Part shown: in pieces, positions 60,551 through 64,000 of the stretch
How the letters are laid out: each line of letters starts with the position of its first letter
Numbering within the stretch: position 1 is the stretch's first letter
Notes under the pieces: model-generated
Database searches by the model: none
What the model saw: the letters and a program-made list of their open reading frames with translations, nothing else
Told to the model about the DNA's origin: nothing
Translations under genes and position numbers: made by a program
Assembly (NCBI GenBank): GCA_963666985.2
Contig: CAXXIA010000003.1
Span: 64,001-128,000 of the forward strand
DNA from: Spirochaetia bacterium
GTDB lineage: Bacteria; Spirochaetota; Spirochaetia; DSM-2461
Direction of reading: 5' to 3'
DNA: 64,000 nucleotides

Positions 60551-61957
60551 CTACAGGATGGCTCCTCCCGCTTCGCGGGGAACAAACCGGCCCGCGCCCT
60601 GCTCGCCGAGCCATTTATCACCGTCAACGATAAGGTTGCCTCGTGAGAACACCTTCACGGGCCAGCCCGTGACTTCGGTTCCTTCATAGCAGTTGTAATC
60701 CACGTTCATATGGTGCGTAGAGGCGCTGATGGTTCTTTTCATATCCGGATCGAAAAGAACGATGTCCGCGTCGGCGCCGACGGCGATGGTGCCTTTCTTG
60801 GGATACATGCCGAATATCTTCGCGGCGTTGGCCGACGAGAGGGCCACGAATTTTTCAGGGCTAATCAATCCGCTGTTCACGCCCAAATGCCACAGCATGA
60901 TGTAGCGATCCTCAATTCCGGGAACGCCGTTGGGCACCTTGGACCAATTCCCCTTACCCAATTCCTTTCCGGGGATTCGACCGTTTTTTCCTCCTTCGAA
61001 CCAGAACGGACAATGATCGGTCGCTACCGTTTGAATGGTGCCGTCGCCGATGCATTCATAAACAATGCTTTTGTCCCATTCGGTTTTCGGCGGCGGTGAG
61101 CAGATGTATTTGGCGCCTTCGAAGTCGGGGGTATCAATGCACTTATCGGTCAGCACCAGATATTGGATACATGTTTCAGCCATAACCGGCAGACCTTTTC
61201 TCCGGCCGCGCCTGATGGCCTGCAGTCCTTGACCGGCCGCGGTATGGACGATGTAAAGCGGTGCGCCGGTCATTTCCACAAAGTCAACGGCCCGGCTGGT
61301 GGCCTCGGCCTCGATAATGGCCGAGTGGGCCGCGTTATGATATCCCATGCCGGTTTTGCCTTCGGCCAAAAGTCTCTCGGTTTCCATGGCGATGGCGTCG
61401 CCGTTCTCGGCATGGACCATGGTGAGCATCTGTGCTTTCTCGGCGGCGGTGAGTATTTTCAGGAAAGCGGTATCGTCCACCTGAAAAACGCCTTTATAGG
61501 CCAGAAAAACCTTCAGGCTGGTAACACCCTCATCGATAAGGGAAGGAATCTCGGCGATGGTCGCGTCATTGGGATCGGTAACGGCCACGTGAAAGGCATA
61601 ATCCACGGCCGCTTTTCCCTCGGCTCTTTTTTTCCAGGCCTTAACTCCGTCCTTCAAACTCTCGCCCTTGGTCTGCAGGGCGAAATCGATATGGCAGGTG
61701 GTACCGCCGAAAGCCGCGGCGCGATGTCCGGTAAAAAAATCGTCCGAAGAGGTTGTGCCGCCGAAGGGCATATCCAAATGCGTATGAGGATCGATGCCGC
61801 CGGGCATTACAAGAAGCCCCTTTGCATCGATAACTTCGGCTCCTTCGGCATCCAGTCCGGTTCCGACGGCCGTTACAACGCCGTCCTGAATCAGAACATC
61901 GGCTTCCAAGGTGTCGCCGGCCGTGACGACGGTTCCGCCTTTGATGATTTTTTTCAT
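60551..61957 (-). CDS. hydA: Dihydropyrimidinase (D-hydantoinase)
   Basis: PGGIDPHTH, AFGGTT, SLKVFLAY, VHAENG, ATDHCPF, PNG.PGIEDR, GADADIV; AAGGAG RBS. Confidence 0.93.
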   Translation of the reverse strand: MKKIIKGGTVVTAGDTLEADVLIQDGVVTAVGTGLDAEGAEVIDAKGLLVMPGGIDPHTHLDMPFGGTTSSDDFFTGHRAAAFGGTTCHIDFALQTKGESLKDGVKAWKKRAEGKAAVDYAFHVAVTDPNDATIAEIPSLIDEGVTSLKVFLAYKGVFQVDDTAFLKILTAAEKAQMLTMVHAENGDAIAMETERLLAEGKTGMGYHNAAHSAIIEAEATSRAVDFVEMTGAPLYIVHTAAGQGLQAIRRGRRKGLPVMAETCIQYLVLTDKCIDTPDFEGAKYICSPPPKTEWDKSIVYECIGDGTIQTVATDHCPFWFEGGKNGRIPGKELGKGNWSKVPNGVPGIEDRYIMLWHLGVNSGLISPEKFVALSSANAAKIFGMYPKKGTIAVGADADIVLFDPDMKRTISASTHHMNVDYNCYEGTEVTGWPVKVFSRGNLIVDGDKWLGEQGAGRFVPREAGGAIL

Positions 61958-62135
61958 ATTCATACTCCTTATCTTGAGAAACAAGATACGTTTCTTCGGG
62001 AAAGAAGGCCGCCCCGAAAGTCGTATATATGCGATAGGCCGATTCCTTGAAACGGAAACAGTCTATTTTTTCCTATTATACTCCCATCCTTGACGAATGG
62101 GGTTTATGATTTCGATTTTTTCCGTCCACAGGCGT

Positions 62136-62588
62136 TCAACCGGCCTTCACATGAGACTTCAAAGCCGTAACCCACCTGGCAGGATGAGGGATTCTGTACG
62201 CGGCCCGTTCGGCGCTGTTCTCTTTTCCGTGAAATCCCACGGAAACAACCGTTTGATACAAATTCTTTCCGCAGAATTGATCCGTCGTCCCGATGGAGGT
62301 AATGGATTCCAGCGGTAAATCAAAACCTTTCCCGCCGAATCGGGATTGAAAGGCCAGAAGGCTGTCGGTTAGGATCAAAGCCCCCTGCATCTTCAGAGGT
62401 TTTTTGTTTTCACTCTCCACGCCGTAGAAAGTAACCGCAAAGGCGACATGCTTTGTTTCTTCTCGGGGAAATCGTTTCGCAATGGCATTTATTTCTCTCT
62501 GACGGATTACGGCCATTGCGATGACAACGAGGAAAATGACGGCTCCCATGAAGTAAGCCGGATTCAGGGTGGCTTCGAGTACGGGCAC
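62136..62588 (-). CDS. Hypothetical membrane-anchored protein (PH/GRAM-like pattern)
   Basis: One TM helix followed by G.L.LT...L.F; GTG start immediately after the upstream stop. Confidence 0.6.
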   Translation of the reverse strand: MPVLEATLNPAYFMGAVIFLVVIAMAVIRQREINAIAKRFPREETKHVAFAVTFYGVESENKKPLKMQGALILTDSLLAFQSRFGGKGFDLPLESITSIGTTDQFCGKNLYQTVVSVGFHGKENSAERAAYRIPHPARWVTALKSHVKAG

Positions 62589-62969
62589 TTACGACTCCAT
62601 TTCTTTCAGTGTGTTTAATACGATCCGGCGCGTTCTTCCGCGAACCTTGCCGATTTTCTCCATTTCGAGTAGAAAAGAATCGGCGATTTCTTCATTGCTT
62701 TTTCCCTCGAGGCGCAATTCATCAATATGTTTTCTATTTTCCAGCAGCATCCTTACCACCGGATCATCGCTTTTATTGCGAAAAACGAAAAACGAGAGAA
62801 AGGCGATGGCCAGAGAAACGCCCAAAGTTACCAGCATGTCATAATCGGGAGAAGGGATGAGCGGCCGAATCAGGGATTTCGGATTGCCCACATTAAAGAT
62901 TAAGTAAAAATCGATAAGCATCAGCGCCGCCAGGAGAATATAGAGCGCCATGGCCGTCTTTTTTTTCAT
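62589..62969 (-). CDS. Hypothetical membrane protein
   Basis: Two TM helices and a charged tail; GAGGT RBS. Confidence 0.6.
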   Translation of the reverse strand: MKKKTAMALYILLAALMLIDFYLIFNVGNPKSLIRPLIPSPDYDMLVTLGVSLAIAFLSFFVFRNKSDDPVVRMLLENRKHIDELRLEGKSNEEIADSFLLEMEKIGKVRGRTRRIVLNTLKEMES

Positions 62970-62993
62970 CAGCTTTACACCTCGAATACGGCA

Positions 62994-63018
62994 AGGGGCC
63001 GTCTGTTCGACGGCCCCT
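62994..63018 (-). terminator. Stem-loop downstream of the NCS2 permease
   Basis: AGGGGCCGTC/GACGGCCCCT 10-bp stem; weak U-tract. Confidence 0.5.
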
Positions 63019-63045
63019 ATAATAATCGATTAGAACCGGAATGTG

Positions 63046-64000
63046 TTACTCAACAACGCCGGTTGCCTGACCGACGGCCATGGCGGCCCATTCGGCTTCG
63101 GCTTTTTCCCAAGCTTCATCGCTGGCCTCTTCTTCCCAGTAGGTCAGGCCGCGTTCCGCACGTGTGGCTCCGGGGAGGATATTGTCCAGGAGCATGGTGA
63201 TGAAAGCGGTCATGGCCATACCTGTGGTCAGGATGGTCTGGATGATGTTGGTGATGATGTAGCCAAAAGAACCGGGGGCGCCGGTAACCATCGAATTGGC
63301 GCCGAAGTGAGCGGGGAACGTCAAACCGGCGAAAAGTCCGATACCGACGATGAACAGGTTTCGAGCGTTATTCATGTTGGTGAACTGCAGGTTCGACAAA
63401 CCGGTGGCGGCGATAAGACCGAACATGGCCATGAACAAAGCACCGACGATGGGCTGCGGGAGAGTCGCGAGAACCATGCCGAACTTCCCGAAGAAGGGAA
63501 TAATCAGCAGGATGACGCCCGCGAAGCGGAGAACGCGGCGGCTGGCCACACGGGTTAAGCCGATGGAACCGATATTCTCCGAATAAGAAGTGGTACCGTT
63601 ACAGGTTTGGAACAGGGAGGCTATCAGACATCCGATACCTTCGGCGCCGATACCCCTGCTGATCATCTTTTCGGTGGGAACCGGAGCTTCGGCGATTCTG
63701 GCGCAGGAGTAGTAATCGCCCACGGACTCAATCATCGAAGAAATATATCCGGCGATCATACCGAAGGCACCGGCCACGGTGATGGCGCTCATGGTGGGGA
63801 ATCCCCACTTAAAGGGAACGGCGGGCTTAATCCAGAACCAGGGAGCCGCCTGAATGAAGGCCAGTCCGGAGTACAGGTTGGCGGGATTATCTTCGGGAAT
63901 CCAGCCGGCGATTGTTCCGATGAAACAAACGCCCCAGGCGATGATAATGGCCAAAAGGAGCGGGAAGAGGGCGAAAACCTTGTGATGCCGTCCGAGAATC
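63046..64000 (-). CDS. NCS2 family nucleobase (uracil/xanthine) permease (5' end outside window)
   Basis: ESVGDY, RGIGAEGIG, TTSYSENIG....TRVASR, LPQPIVG, RNLFIVG. Confidence 0.92.
   Translation of the reverse strand, partial: ILGRHHKVFALFPLLLAIIIAWGVCFIGTIAGWIPEDNPANLYSGLAFIQAAPWFWIKPAVPFKWGFPTMSAITVAGAFGMIAGYISSMIESVGDYYSCARIAEAPVPTEKMISRGIGAEGIGCLIASLFQTCNGTTSYSENIGSIGLTRVASRRVLRFAGVILLIIPFFGKFGMVLATLPQPIVGALFMAMFGLIAATGLSNLQFTNMNNARNLFIVGIGLFAGLTFPAHFGANSMVTGAPGSFGYIITNIIQTILTTGMAMTAFITMLLDNILPGATRAERGLTYWEEEASDEAWEKAEAEWAAMAVGQATGVVE

Overview
64 kb of bacterial chromosome, most likely a free-living spirochaete (Spirochaetales-type chemoreceptors, FapA and J-domain proteins; this taxonomic call is inference). 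About 50 genes; I found no rRNA, tRNA, CRISPR array, integrase or transposase. Left to right: a uronate-polysaccharide cluster (GH2, heparinase II/III-like, GH88); two methyltransferases and a PadR regulator with a duplicated perfect operator; ribokinase; an MCP; PhzF; a class II aldolase; a REC-HD-GYP protein; a cation/H+ antiporter; radC, then a ~3.4 kb AT-richer island (acetylene-hydratase-like molybdoenzyme plus LysR) bounded by a degenerate copy of the radC 3' end; a multicopper oxidase; an uncharacterised four-gene envelope operon (SLH-like protein, beta-barrel, FecR domain, lipoprotein); ndk; pstSCAB-phoU with a Pho-box-like repeat; fapA; rpsD; a probable apiose-type sugar cluster; the suf operon; a second MCP; dihydropyrimidinase and an NCS2 permease. 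The most striking feature (33.8-39.1 kb) resembles the Listeria flavin-based extracellular electron transfer locus: NDH-2 fused to a membrane domain, a HepT-like synthase, a MenA-like prenyltransferase and an exported protein with two FMN-binding domains. Here it appears to sit in a diderm, and the NDH-2 carries its own tandem-duplicated loop of flavinylation-like motifs. Many small frameshifts cluster at 30-36 kb; these look more like sequencing or assembly error than true gene decay.
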